Positions 39,110-48,061 are shown, counted from the first letter of the stretch. The stretch is DNA of 64,000 nt from an uncultured Pirellulales bacterium (GCA_964520535.1 CAZFOQ010000002.1:32990-96989), one strand, 5' to 3'. Program-made: numbers and translations. The notes: generated by a model not told the origin, from the sequence alone.

Positions 39110-39618
39110 TCCGTTTACCTTTACTCGTTAACTATTTCTATTTAGCATAACTTCCTTTATTTGCTCAAGATAACATATTTTTATTTACTAATAAACTTGT
39201 TGTTTAAAGTTTTTTTACAACAATATCAATCCAAAATGATCAGGTAACAGCACATATCAGGAGCATTTCTTTTCTTATATATGCTCTTAAGAAAGTAAAA
39301 AAATCACCTTTTCGTCAGAGCGAATCTAAAAAAAAGTTTACATTTCGGAACAGACTTGGTAGGTTCACAAAGCAAGGGCGATGAAATTTTTTTGAAGCAC
39401 TGATGGGGGGGTGGATTGTATATGGGAGGAGGCAAATGGTGAAGAGGATATCTACATATCCAACAGCGATTTATTTAATGTTCATCTATGCGGGAACTCT
39501 CATCTCCAGTGATACAGGGATCGGCTGTGTCAATCGGTTGCGGAAATGAAAAAGACTATAAAGCTCAAAGGTGTGAGCTTTATATGGGCTGCGCGCATGA
39601 TGCTAACAGCTCTTTTTG

Positions 39619-39666
39619 CAGCCCCTGCCTTATAGTTGGCTCCTTAGGGCGGGGGCTGTTTTATTG
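39619..39666 (+). terminator. putative intrinsic terminator hairpin on the + strand (stem 11 bp with one G-U pair, 18-nt loop, then TTTTATTG)
   Basis: CAGCCCCTGCC...GGCGGGGGCTG followed by TTTTATT. It overlaps the end of an unannotated 29-codon + strand ORF (39547-39636, MKKTIKLKGVSFIWAARMMLTALFAAPAL) in a 600-bp otherwise ORF-free spacer. Confidence 0.3.
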
Positions 39667-39706
39667 AAATACCTGATTTCTCTATTCGATAACAATTGAA
39701 GTCTGA

Positions 39707-40636
39707 TTACAGTTGAGCTTCCAGAGCGGCCAGTGTCGCAGCCAGTTCGGCCGAGTAATCATCCTGTACAATTCCAATCGCTTCAGTCAAACAATGCTTC
39801 ATGAGTCCGGCCGGTACGGTGAGAGATAATCCATATTCCTCTTCCAGGATAATCTCTGCCAGTCGTGCTCCTTCTTCGGCCATTAAATCAAGGGCATCAG
39901 CCCGTGACAATACGCCACCATAAAGCATCATATACTGTCTGAACTGCTCTTCCGCCTCGAAGATAACGAAGGCGGCTTCTTCGAATGTCATTGATGGTTG
40001 TTGGGCAAAGTCCCATACATAAGCTCTGAACAACAATAGCGGGACTAATGGACTACGCGAGCCGGCGGCCATGAACATCCGTATCCCCACATAAGGGTCC
40101 TCATTCTCACTGACCAAATAATCGATTGCACTTTCGACAGCACTATCGGCAATCACCGGAGCGATTTGCCATGCAAATGATTCTGCATCAGCATCTGAAA
40201 AACCCTGGTTAATCAAAAATTGCTTGAGCGGGGGAACCAGGATCGGAAATAAAATATCCCTTTTCTCAATGACATAACCACCTCCCAGACCAATTGCCGA
40301 ACAAATATGTGCCGTATAGTCTGCTCCATAGTCTTCATTATGGCTTTCAAAGCCAAGAGCAAAGGCTTTCATTATCCGCAGATGGGCTTTATCAACGACC
40401 TTCATAAACTCATAATGGGTTTCGTTCCACAAGTAATCCTGATATGGATAACCAAAGAGCAAATTGAACATATCCGGCACAACCGCACCGTACATCTCGT
40501 GCAGATTTTTGATGCCATATTGGCTGCCCAGCTCATCAGCCAGATAGGTATGAGTCGCCGCTCCATAACCGAACGCCGATTGGGCTGTCATATATAGAAC
40601 CAAAATGATGATAATTGAACTCGTTATTGTTTTCAT
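39707..40636 (-). CDS. secreted hypothetical protein (signal peptide; weak resemblance to S1/P1-nuclease/zinc phospholipase C N-terminus)
   Basis: The best start is the ATG at 40636 with RBS AAGGAGGA, giving MKTITSSIIIILVLYMTAQSAFG|YGAATHTYLADELG. The track start at 40723 is over-extended. Confidence 0.5.
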   Translation of the reverse strand: MKTITSSIIIILVLYMTAQSAFGYGAATHTYLADELGSQYGIKNLHEMYGAVVPDMFNLLFGYPYQDYLWNETHYEFMKVVDKAHLRIMKAFALGFESHNEDYGADYTAHICSAIGLGGGYVIEKRDILFPILVPPLKQFLINQGFSDADAESFAWQIAPVIADSAVESAIDYLVSENEDPYVGIRMFMAAGSRSPLVPLLLFRAYVWDFAQQPSMTFEEAAFVIFEAEEQFRQYMMLYGGVLSRADALDLMAEEGARLAEIILEEEYGLSLTVPAGLMKHCLTEAIGIVQDDYSAELAATLAALEAQL

Positions 40637-40858
40637 TTCGATCCTCCTTATTGAATCAACACAATATCTCTTCGAACAATCTTGCCCAGCAACATAGCTG
40701 AGCCTGTCCGCCGTATCAGGCATATGAATCTGAATCTAAATCCTGGCCGCCACTATACTGCTACAGTCAATTCCCGCAGCAAGTCCACGAATCATCGAAC
40801 CGGCAGTCCGGATTCGAGGACTTTCAAAACATAGATGTATTCTCGTAAAAAACGTTCC

Positions 40859-42091
40859 TTATTGGAGAGCCCACATCGCCAGAGATTCCTGGTCTTTGAT
40901 AAATATGCGGTTGCCCGAGACGACCGGATGTGCATAGATCGGAGTCTCGGAGACGTCATATCGCGCGATTTCGCTGAACTGTTTCCCGTCGGGCTTATAG
41001 ACAATCAATTCGGAACTGCTGGGCAGAGCCAGAAGACATGAGCCGACATCAACAATGGAGCAGAAACCGCCGCGATCGAGCTGGGTTTCATCGGTCCATG
41101 CCGTCTCGCTGGTCTTTGCATTCAGGCAGTATAAATTGCCCTGGTTGGACATGCCAAAGAGCAGGCCGTCCTTGAGCACCGGAGTATTATATTGCGGATT
41201 GAGCTCAGCATTACTCCAAATCTCTTTAGCGACAAAGCCGTCTGCCTGCTTCTCGACCTTGACAGCCTTTGTGCCCCGGGCCGCTCCCGTAAAGATCACC
41301 GTTTGCCCATTGACTATCGGTGTGGCGGCGTTATACGCACGTCTTTGAGGTTCGAAGGAGATTTTCCATAACAGCTCACCATCGGCAGCATCCACACCTA
41401 CGACGTTTTTTTCGGTCATCTGAACGATCTGTTTCGTACCTTCGACCGTTATCAAAACAGGCGAGGAATACGCCGGGCCGTCTTCGGTCCATTTCCATTT
41501 CGAATCGCCGGTAGCCAAATCGAACGCGATGATTCCGCCGTTGCCCTCTCCTCCGAGGTGGACGATGGTCATTCCGTCAACAATAATCGGTGACGTTGAC
41601 GTATAGAAGCGTGGCCATACACCGGGATACTCGTCCTTACGCCAGAGCATTTTGCCGTTGGAGGCATCCAGACAGGAGACAATCCCGCTAACACCCAGTG
41701 TGACGACTTTTCCTTCCCCCACCGCGGGTGAGCTTCTGGGTCCCGGGTGACGGCTGGGCGCTCCGGTCACGGCCGGGGCCGCGTAGTGATCCTTCCACAG
41801 TTCATTTCCGTCGCCGGCCTCCAGGCACAAAACGACCTCCTCATCCCCCTGCCGCGTAAAGACATATAGTTTGTCACCAACGAGAGCGGGTGTTGCGTCA
41901 CCCTGGCCTACAGTGACTTTCCACTTCTGCGTCAACTCCGCAGGCCATTTCTCCGGCTCGGCGAACTTGCTGACCTTTCCATCCCGATTGGGTCCTCGCC
42001 ATTGCGGCCAATCCTGAGCGAAGATGCTTCTCGAGCAGATGAAAATCAAACAGCCTGTAACGACAACAATGAACTGATGTGTCTTTTTCAT
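40859..42091 (-). CDS. PQQ-like beta-propeller repeat protein with a signal peptide (BamB-like fold)
   Basis: Start ATG at 42091 with RBS GGGAGG, giving MKKTHQFIVVVTGCLIFICSRSIFA|QDWPQWRGPNRDG. Multiple PQQ/WD-like repeats (GDGNELWK, SNGKMLWRK, ADGELLWK, ...). Confidence 0.7.
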   Translation of the reverse strand: MKKTHQFIVVVTGCLIFICSRSIFAQDWPQWRGPNRDGKVSKFAEPEKWPAELTQKWKVTVGQGDATPALVGDKLYVFTRQGDEEVVLCLEAGDGNELWKDHYAAPAVTGAPSRHPGPRSSPAVGEGKVVTLGVSGIVSCLDASNGKMLWRKDEYPGVWPRFYTSTSPIIVDGMTIVHLGGEGNGGIIAFDLATGDSKWKWTEDGPAYSSPVLITVEGTKQIVQMTEKNVVGVDAADGELLWKISFEPQRRAYNAATPIVNGQTVIFTGAARGTKAVKVEKQADGFVAKEIWSNAELNPQYNTPVLKDGLLFGMSNQGNLYCLNAKTSETAWTDETQLDRGGFCSIVDVGSCLLALPSSSELIVYKPDGKQFSEIARYDVSETPIYAHPVVSGNRIFIKDQESLAMWALQ

Positions 42092-42293
42092 GATGGCCTC
42101 CCATTCAAATCCTACAGAGTTGTCCGCACCGAGCTGCACACATAACAACTGAATACCAATGCGAACATTCGAGAACAATCTAATCTACCCCCGGCGATAT
42201 GTCAATATCATTGATAACAGAAACTTCGTGAAAACTTATTGAAATCCTCTCGAAATTAACGAGTTTATGAGATAATTTCGCATGGCTGGTATT

Positions 42294-42326
42294 AAAAAAG
42301 GGCTGCAAACATTACATTTGCAACCC
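42294..42326 (-). terminator. rho-independent terminator downstream of the PEP-CTERM protein gene
   Basis: The minus strand reads GGGTTGCAAA-tgtaatg-TTTGCAGCCC followed by TTTTTT. It lies about 30 nt after the stop at 42358. Confidence 0.5.
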
Positions 42327-42357
42327 AAATGAAAAATATATTGAATCACAGAGCGGC

Positions 42358-43038
42358 TTAAATTGCCCTGCGTCTGCGCATCCAACCAACAAGTCCCACG
42401 CCGAGACTACCTAACAAAATCGCCCCTGGTGCAGGGATGGCGATGATACTGCCGGATGACAATTGATCTATTGGAGGAACGCCAGATGGCACACCTACCG
42501 AGGATAAAGCGGAAGGTGGCAGCCCTAATGCGTTGACATAATCCTGGATGACAAACTCCCAGACTTCGCCGGGCTGGAAGATACCATCGAAAATCAAACT
42601 CTCCCAGACCAACGGCGTGTTAAATAATCCGACACTGTCAATCTTGAAAGCCAATCCACCGTTAATCCAGCCGTCATCGTTGCTTAACGGAGCTGGTGTA
42701 CCTGCAGGTGCAATGTCAGCGACGTACCAGACCTCCGTCCAGGTGATACCGGTCGCATTTACAATACCCACAACCGGATTTGCAATGTTTGGATTGTCAG
42801 GATTCTGTACACATGGCACGTGCTGAACCTCCGGGATATAGTAGTAGGAATATATCTGCTCATTCTGTGGAAACGGAGCCGCTCCCGGGGGATTCACGCC
42901 CAGCTCATGAACCCATAGCGGAGTCCACAATGGATCCTGAGGACCATTAACGTATGTAACCTTTGTCAGAATCGCCTGCGCCGTGTTACTTAAGCACACC
43001 AGCAAAACAACAATCGAAATTACTGTTAATTTTTTCAT
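42358..43038 (-). CDS. secreted protein with a PEP-CTERM-like exosortase sorting signal
   Basis: 226 aa. N-terminal signal MKKLTVISIVVLLVCLSNTAQA. The C-terminus is ...IAIPAPGAILLGSLGVGLVGWMRRRRAI: a Pro-rich motif, a hydrophobic helix and then an Arg cluster. Confidence 0.55.
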   Translation of the reverse strand: MKKLTVISIVVLLVCLSNTAQAILTKVTYVNGPQDPLWTPLWVHELGVNPPGAAPFPQNEQIYSYYYIPEVQHVPCVQNPDNPNIANPVVGIVNATGITWTEVWYVADIAPAGTPAPLSNDDGWINGGLAFKIDSVGLFNTPLVWESLIFDGIFQPGEVWEFVIQDYVNALGLPPSALSSVGVPSGVPPIDQLSSGSIIAIPAPGAILLGSLGVGLVGWMRRRRAI

Positions 43039-43891
43039 TATCTCACCCTCTTCCTGTAAAAAAATTCCTCTTATTTTTTTCTCCCTGCCTATATCAAAAA
43101 GTATTGCTTTCGATGATTCTGCCTAAAGATGTTTTCTCTTAAAACATTTGCTTTTCAATTTGTGCGACCAGAAGCCGGGATATGCGAAAAAACTTCCAGA
43201 CCGCTCCTCCCTGAATTTATATAGATTAAAGATAATTCTACCTGAAATAGTGATCTAAGTCAAGATGATATTGCCTATTTTTACATTTTTTTAAAGACCA
43301 GAAGCTCACATTTTAACATTTATAAGGATAATAGCAGGCAAAAAGGTGCCTCAGCAGCCCGACACATGCGAAATACGGCAAAAAAAAGCCTATTTTTTGA
43401 GAAATCCGGCACAAAAGGAACGCGTGGAACAGGCAAATCCTTAATTGTTATTTTTTTGCACCCAAAACTTTAAATAATATTGAAAATGTCTGTCCTGCCG
43501 CCGGTTAATCGGGATCGGTATCAAGAGCAATTGCTTCTATCTCGCATATCCTCCTCCATGACCTAGTGTTTTTAAGAGGTGGTTTTGATTTATGTCACAA
43601 GCAGACGGGTTCGCGGGTTTGGGGGATTTCTAATGCATAGTAAAAGAAATCACATAACATTTGGATAGCATTTTATGTAGACAATCAAAGACATGAGTAC
43701 TTTCAGAAAAAATATGAAAAACGAATTGGCCCATAAAAAAAGCAGCAGACTAACTCAAAATCCAGCCGCTGAGCACCTTCTACTCTTGGTAGATGTACAT
43801 CTAAATTATCAGAGAAAAATGCTTCAATCTTTTTTTGTCATCCATTTCTAAAATATCATAGAGAACCAACTTATATTCGTAAATTTACACC

Positions 43892-43957
43892 TTCATTTGG
43901 GTAACGAGCCAGCGAGTTTGTAGGGATTGATCTTTGTGAGCATGTTTGAAGGCGGCG
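43892..43957. repeat. 66-bp imperfect direct repeat (copy 1); a displaced duplicate of the 3' end of the lipoprotein gene at 45924-46541
   Basis: TTCATTTGGGTAACGAGCCAGCGAGTTTGTAGGGATTGATCTTTGTGAGCATGTTTGAAGGCGGCG is about 86 % identical to 45931-45996. On the minus strand it encodes AFKHAHKDQSLQTRWLVTQMKV*, compared with the gene's real C-terminus AFKHAHKDQSPHTRQIVTQMKA*. Confidence 0.65.
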
Positions 43958-43972
43958 AAAATCGCTTTCTTT

Positions 43973-44401
43973 TTATATCCAGCCTTTTAGTTTAGCGAAA
44001 GCCATAGCATTTTTACAAAGCGTCTCCTCTTTTTCAGTGGTTATTTCTTTTTCATATTCGCTCAATACTTTCTGAGCTTTTAAAAAGGCATCTTCAGCTT
44101 CGCTTTGAGAAAATTCCCTATCAAGATGATAATCTGCATCCTCACGGACTTGCTGCAAGTCACGAAGATACTGAGCTGCCTTAACACACTCATTAACATT
44201 AGAGAACTGAAGACATTGAATTACAAATGCGTGTGCTTCTTTACTGGGCTGTTTTGTCTTTTCTAATCCCAGGTGTTTGAAATATTCCCTAAAATATAAA
44301 AGTGCAGCGTAATAAGAGCGCCCAGCAGAAGTACGTAAATGTGCTTGTTCAGTTTGTGTCTTTAATAATTTTGCGGTTTTTAGAAAATCGGCAGGATCCA
44401 T
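43973..44401 (-). CDS. hypothetical protein of the low-GC islet with HEPN-like features (helical; Rx4-6H-like REDADYH)
   Basis: 142 aa. The N-terminus AKLLKTQTEQAHLRTSAGRSYYAALLYFREYFKHLGL has a HEPN-like first-helix pattern. LRDLQQVREDADYH fits Rx4-6H. Third gene of a tightly packed three-gene operon. Confidence 0.45.
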   Translation of the reverse strand: MDPADFLKTAKLLKTQTEQAHLRTSAGRSYYAALLYFREYFKHLGLEKTKQPSKEAHAFVIQCLQFSNVNECVKAAQYLRDLQQVREDADYHLDREFSQSEAEDAFLKAQKVLSEYEKEITTEKEETLCKNAMAFAKLKGWI

Positions 44402-44410
44402 TCAAAAAAT

Positions 44411-44869
44411 TTACACCCGTTTGATATTTATCGTAAAATACTCACCCTGACTCGGAGAAATATTCTTGGCTATCCAGCAAACCATCTTGTCATACTCTTC
44501 AAACGCAATCTGTTGAGCAGATTTGACCTCTACTCTTATAACAACATGTTCAGTTTTTTCATTTTCATCATCCCTGAAGTAATCAAGCTCGGCCGATAAG
44601 CTTAATATATTTGAAAAGACTTTTCTGGCTTCTTTAAGACATTCTGTAAGAATAGAATTTAAATTATGTGAATCACAAAACTCTAAGCATTCCAAACTAA
44701 TCGAATCAACAATCGGAATCTCAGTCTCAACGATATTTATCGTATCTGTTTTTAAATCTGATTCTTTAATATAATCCTTTAACCTTCTAATATTATCACC
44801 AATAACTTGATAACAAGTATCAGACAAGACCGAACCCATAGCAATACTGGATGTTGTAACCACTTTCAT
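44411..44869 (-). CDS. hypothetical protein (152 aa), middle gene of the islet operon
   Basis: ORF with 4-bp overlap to the upstream gene and a 9-bp gap to the downstream gene. No recognisable motif. Low GC. Confidence 0.5.
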   Translation of the reverse strand: MKVVTTSSIAMGSVLSDTCYQVIGDNIRRLKDYIKESDLKTDTINIVETEIPIVDSISLECLEFCDSHNLNSILTECLKEARKVFSNILSLSAELDYFRDDENEKTEHVVIRVEVKSAQQIAFEEYDKMVCWIAKNISPSQGEYFTINIKRV

Positions 44870-45618
44870 TCTCCTCCGAAAGAAACGTTAAGAAAATCAT
44901 ACAATTCTTTATTATTATATTGCCTTCCCTTATGAAGAATACCGAGTATCTTATCTTCATTAAGGTCTTTACTCATATCCCGATTATTAAAATCCACAAT
45001 AACCTGTACGCCATAAGAACGAACTTGATCAATACCTGGAATATTAGGATCTCTCTCAATTTTTTGTGCTGGCTGTATTTGTATCTTTCTATTATAGTCA
45101 TCATCGGGACGATTAATATTCAAAATTATTTCTCCATTTGGAGGTATCTTCATCTTTGTAAAACGTGAGCATACTAATTTAGTACTTTCTGTCTGACCTG
45201 TGTTAAAAATATATTCGTTTACTAATCCAACTCGGCATATTATTTTACCAGCAAAACTTTCTCGAAATATCTTCAGACCATCAAGGCTAACGTCATCTAT
45301 ATCATTTATCTGAATTTCCTCTTGGAACATACTCAATGTTTGAGGAAAAATGAAAACAACACCTCGAGGTGTAATTGCCAAGGTTGCCAAATCCGCCTCA
45401 CCTTTTCCGGGAAAAATGAACTTTTTCCTTATTAGAAACTCGGTAGGAGATTGGACCAAACTTTCAAATAGATTCGGATACTTATCTACTAATTTTTGAC
45501 CGACATCAAACAATTTAACTCGGTCCAACTTGCACTCAATAACAGGACGTATATCTACACCTACTTTTATTGTGTGTTCATCGATTTTTGTTTTTGAAAA
45601 TTTGAAAGGATCCGCCAT
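44866..45618 (-). CDS. hypothetical protein (250 aa), first gene of the islet operon
   Basis: ORF preceded by about 300 bp of AT-rich promoter-like DNA. No recognisable motif. Confidence 0.5.
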   Translation of the reverse strand: MADPFKFSKTKIDEHTIKVGVDIRPVIECKLDRVKLFDVGQKLVDKYPNLFESLVQSPTEFLIRKKFIFPGKGEADLATLAITPRGVVFIFPQTLSMFQEEIQINDIDDVSLDGLKIFRESFAGKIICRVGLVNEYIFNTGQTESTKLVCSRFTKMKIPPNGEIILNINRPDDDYNRKIQIQPAQKIERDPNIPGIDQVRSYGVQVIVDFNNRDMSKDLNEDKILGILHKGRQYNNKELYDFLNVSFGGE

Positions 45619-45923
45619 ATTACAATTTGATACCTAAGAACAGATAATATTCATAAACCATATTCGGTTAATTTGAAGCCCTATCTTAAATTTTATTGTA
45701 CGATTTGTAAATAATAGAAATCTGCTCTTTATGAAAATTATACTATATAATCTTTTGTAAAGTCAAGATAATATTGGTTTCTGCACTATATTACTATCTA
45801 AAATCAATATCTTTGCCACTAATCATCATATTTAACGGAGATATTGACAGTCTTTGAAGCCGGACTCAAGGCTTCTATTCATCATTTTTTTACATTTTCA
45901 AGCAATAAATATCAAAAGTCCGG

Positions 45924-46541
45924 TTATGCTTTCATTTGGGTAACGATCTGGCGAGTGTGTGGGGATTGATCTTTGTGAGCATGTTTAAATGCAACGGCAT
46001 AAGATTCGTTCTGCTGTTTGAACAATTCATTGCCGGTAATAATCTCCTGCAGGGCTTTGGATTTTGTTCGGGCATCTCTCAAGCATCGAACCGCTTGTGT
46101 GCCATAGACTCCGCCGAACAGAGCACAGATTCCGATTCCCAACTCCAGAGCAGCATCGGCCACCTGCCAGCCGTCCGGACGAGCCGCTCCAGACTGCAAC
46201 GCTGTCTCGGCAAGCTGCCAGTTCGATTCGACAAGAATATCTTCGGCGGTTTCGGCCGGCGGGAATTGTTCAGGCAGACCGAAATAAGACACAAATGCCC
46301 TGCTCTGAGTCTTGCTGAGCCGGCTTAAGGCCTGAAGCTTTTCCGAAGAATTTTCCGCCCGAGCGGTCTCAGCGGTAATTGCCGCGGTTTGGTTGTGCAG
46401 CCAGGCATTTTGCTTTTGAGCCTCATCCGGAACAAAACGCAGACTCTCGCAGCCAGCCAACAACAGGCACAAAATCACACAGGCAAAAACTCCGATACGG
46501 CAGCAGGTTTTCACTCTTTTGGAATCGTGTAAATTTTTCAT
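45924..46541 (-). CDS. lipoprotein of unknown function; target gene of the islet insertion
   Basis: Best start is the ATG at 46541 with RBS GGAGAG, giving MKNLHDSKRVKTCCRIGVFACVILCLLLAGCES (lipobox LAGC). The track ORF extends upstream to 46760. Confidence 0.6.
   Translation of the reverse strand: MKNLHDSKRVKTCCRIGVFACVILCLLLAGCESLRFVPDEAQKQNAWLHNQTAAITAETARAENSSEKLQALSRLSKTQSRAFVSYFGLPEQFPPAETAEDILVESNWQLAETALQSGAARPDGWQVADAALELGIGICALFGGVYGTQAVRCLRDARTKSKALQEIITGNELFKQQNESYAVAFKHAHKDQSPHTRQIVTQMKA
45931..45996. repeat. 66-bp imperfect direct repeat (copy 2), forming the actual 3' end of the lipoprotein gene
   Basis: See copy 1 (43892-43957). Identity is about 57/66. Confidence 0.65.
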
Positions 46542-46562
46542 TGTTTCTCTCCTTGTTTGTAG

Positions 46563-46588
46563 TTGACTTGTATGTTTTGGGGTATAAT
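46563..46588 (+). promoter_or_regulatory. consensus-hexamer sigma70-like promoter (TTGACT ... TATAAT) with a short 14-nt spacer, upstream of the radical SAM gene
   Basis: TTGACT at 46563-46568 and TATAAT at 46583-46588. The spacer is suboptimal at 14 nt. Confidence 0.3.
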
Positions 46589-46637
46589 GTTGTCGAACAA
46601 GGTAAAAAGTATTCTGTGGCCGAAAGGACTCTTTCCT

Positions 46638-47729
46638 ATGGGCACAGCAAAAACATTCAGGCCGCGAACCATTATGCTCTCGCAAAAAGTGGCCGAGCTT
46701 CCGGAGGCTCAGCGAATTCTGGATTTGTTTCCATGTGCGGACGTCCGGGTGATTGAGCAACAGCGAAAGCCTTCACTGCCGGATATGTCACCATCTCAAT
46801 CGCTGCTTGCAAGCAAAAGAACTTTGATGATAGGCCGAACCACTTCTTTCGTAGGCCGCTTCGATGGTCAGCTCGGCGAAAATATCCGATGCTGTCCTTA
46901 CTATAAACTGGTTCCGATCTCGAACGGCTGCCCTTACTATTGTACGTATTGTTACCTGGCATATGTTTATCGCAAGCATGCTCCATTCATCAAAATAAAC
47001 ATCAACTACGATGCGATGTTCCGGCAGATCCGCAGGACTACGGACGGTGCCGACGGTAAGGTAAGCTTCAATATGGGAGAGATGCTGGACAGCCTCGCTC
47101 TCGATCACATCACAAATCTGACACCAAAGCTGATCCCGTTCTTTTCCAAATTCTCCAACGCCTATCTCATGCTGCTGACCAAAAGCAGCAATATCAACAA
47201 CCTGCTGCAAGTTGAGCCGAACGGGCAAATCGTCTTGTCCTGGAGTCTGAACAGCCTTCAGGCGATTCGCCAATATGAATTAGGTACTGCCGACCTTGAC
47301 GACCGTATCGAGGCAGCCAGACGTTGCCGGGAGCATGGCTATCGAATCCGATTTCGCATCGACCCGGGCATTCTCCATGACAACTGGCAAGCCGGCTATG
47401 CTGATTTAATCCGGAAGTCACTCACTGCCGTAAAGCCGGAAAATATCACGCTCGGAATGTTGAGATTGCTGCCCGGGCATTTCCAACTGGCCGAAGGCGC
47501 GTATGGCGATCGTGCACATCAGCTTTGCAATCGCAGCTTCGTCAAAGGTGCTTCTGACCGCAAGCTTCGTTATCCGCCAAAAGAACGGGCGGAATTCTAC
47601 AGCTTCCTGATCGATAAAATTCGCAGCTTCGATAAGGATGTCTCTATCAGCCTTTGCAGAGAAACGCCGGAGATTTGGGACATCTTCAAAAACCGCTGCG
47701 ATCCGGCCAAATGCAACTGCGTGATATAG
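46638..47729 (+). CDS. radical SAM protein of the spore-photoproduct-lyase-like (DNA repair photolyase) family
   Basis: NGCPYYCTYCYL (CxxxCxxC). The C-terminal half resembles SPL-family elements (RIRFRIDP, MLRLLPGH). The start at 46638 (MGTAKTF...) is chosen because the track start at 46563 lies inside the promoter hexamers; the start is uncertain. Confidence 0.65.
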   Translation: MGTAKTFRPRTIMLSQKVAELPEAQRILDLFPCADVRVIEQQRKPSLPDMSPSQSLLASKRTLMIGRTTSFVGRFDGQLGENIRCCPYYKLVPISNGCPYYCTYCYLAYVYRKHAPFIKININYDAMFRQIRRTTDGADGKVSFNMGEMLDSLALDHITNLTPKLIPFFSKFSNAYLMLLTKSSNINNLLQVEPNGQIVLSWSLNSLQAIRQYELGTADLDDRIEAARRCREHGYRIRFRIDPGILHDNWQAGYADLIRKSLTAVKPENITLGMLRLLPGHFQLAEGAYGDRAHQLCNRSFVKGASDRKLRYPPKERAEFYSFLIDKIRSFDKDVSISLCRETPEIWDIFKNRCDPAKCNCVI

Positions 47730-47742
47730 CAACCAATGATAA

Positions 47743-48048
47743 TTAAAAAGTCTCATCGGCAATGTCAGTTTCAGAGACGTGTTTTTCAATTGCACGCAGG
47801 CGGTATTCGTATGAGATGCTCTTTCCCCAGAGTAATTCGAGTTTCTGCTCAAAATCCTTTTGTCCGGCCAGCAGCATACTGACATCCCGCTGGAGCAGGT
47901 CGAGCTGCATCTGCAAATTAAACCAGCTTCCGACAATCAATGAAGCTAAAAGGAACAGTTGAACAATCACAGAGAGATTAATCTGCCGATTCAGCCGCCA
48001 TCGATTTGAATTTTCTCTTACCATTATTGACCTCATGTGCTCGAGCAA
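47743..48048 (-). CDS. small membrane/coiled-coil protein (101 aa), uncertain
   Basis: ORF in an otherwise empty 330-bp gap. It has one TM segment (LSVIVQLFLLASLIVGSWF) and then a coiled-coil. Confidence 0.3.
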   Translation of the reverse strand: MLEHMRSIMVRENSNRWRLNRQINLSVIVQLFLLASLIVGSWFNLQMQLDLLQRDVSMLLAGQKDFEQKLELLWGKSISYEYRLRAIEKHVSETDIADETF

Positions 48049-48061
48049 ATTGCATTCTCAT

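Larger units (their letters stand above)
43892..45996. mobile_element. about 2.1 kb low-GC integrated islet bounded by direct repeats (att-like) at the 3' end of a lipoprotein gene; no integrase in the islet
   Basis: Flanking 66-bp direct repeats duplicate the gene's 3' end. GC is about 35 % inside versus about 50-55 % in the flanks. Three co-directional overlapping genes. Confidence 0.4.

Noticed and set aside
43039-43972. tRNA or tmRNA gene as integration target of the islet
   Set aside because: No tRNA-like T-loop/acceptor features were found (no GGTTCGAATCC-type motif or CCA-proximal stem). The duplicated att-like segment is clearly the 3' end of a protein-coding gene.
44411-44869. Middle islet protein as a minimal nucleotidyltransferase (MNT) partner of the HEPN-like protein
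   Set aside because: It has a GS dipeptide, but no properly spaced hGS-x9-13-DhD motif. There is insufficient evidence, so it is left as hypothetical.
46788-47936. Minus-strand ORFs of 161, 75 and 172 aa
   Set aside because: They are antisense to the radical SAM gene (the CxxxCxxC motif is on the + strand). Their apparent length comes from high GC.
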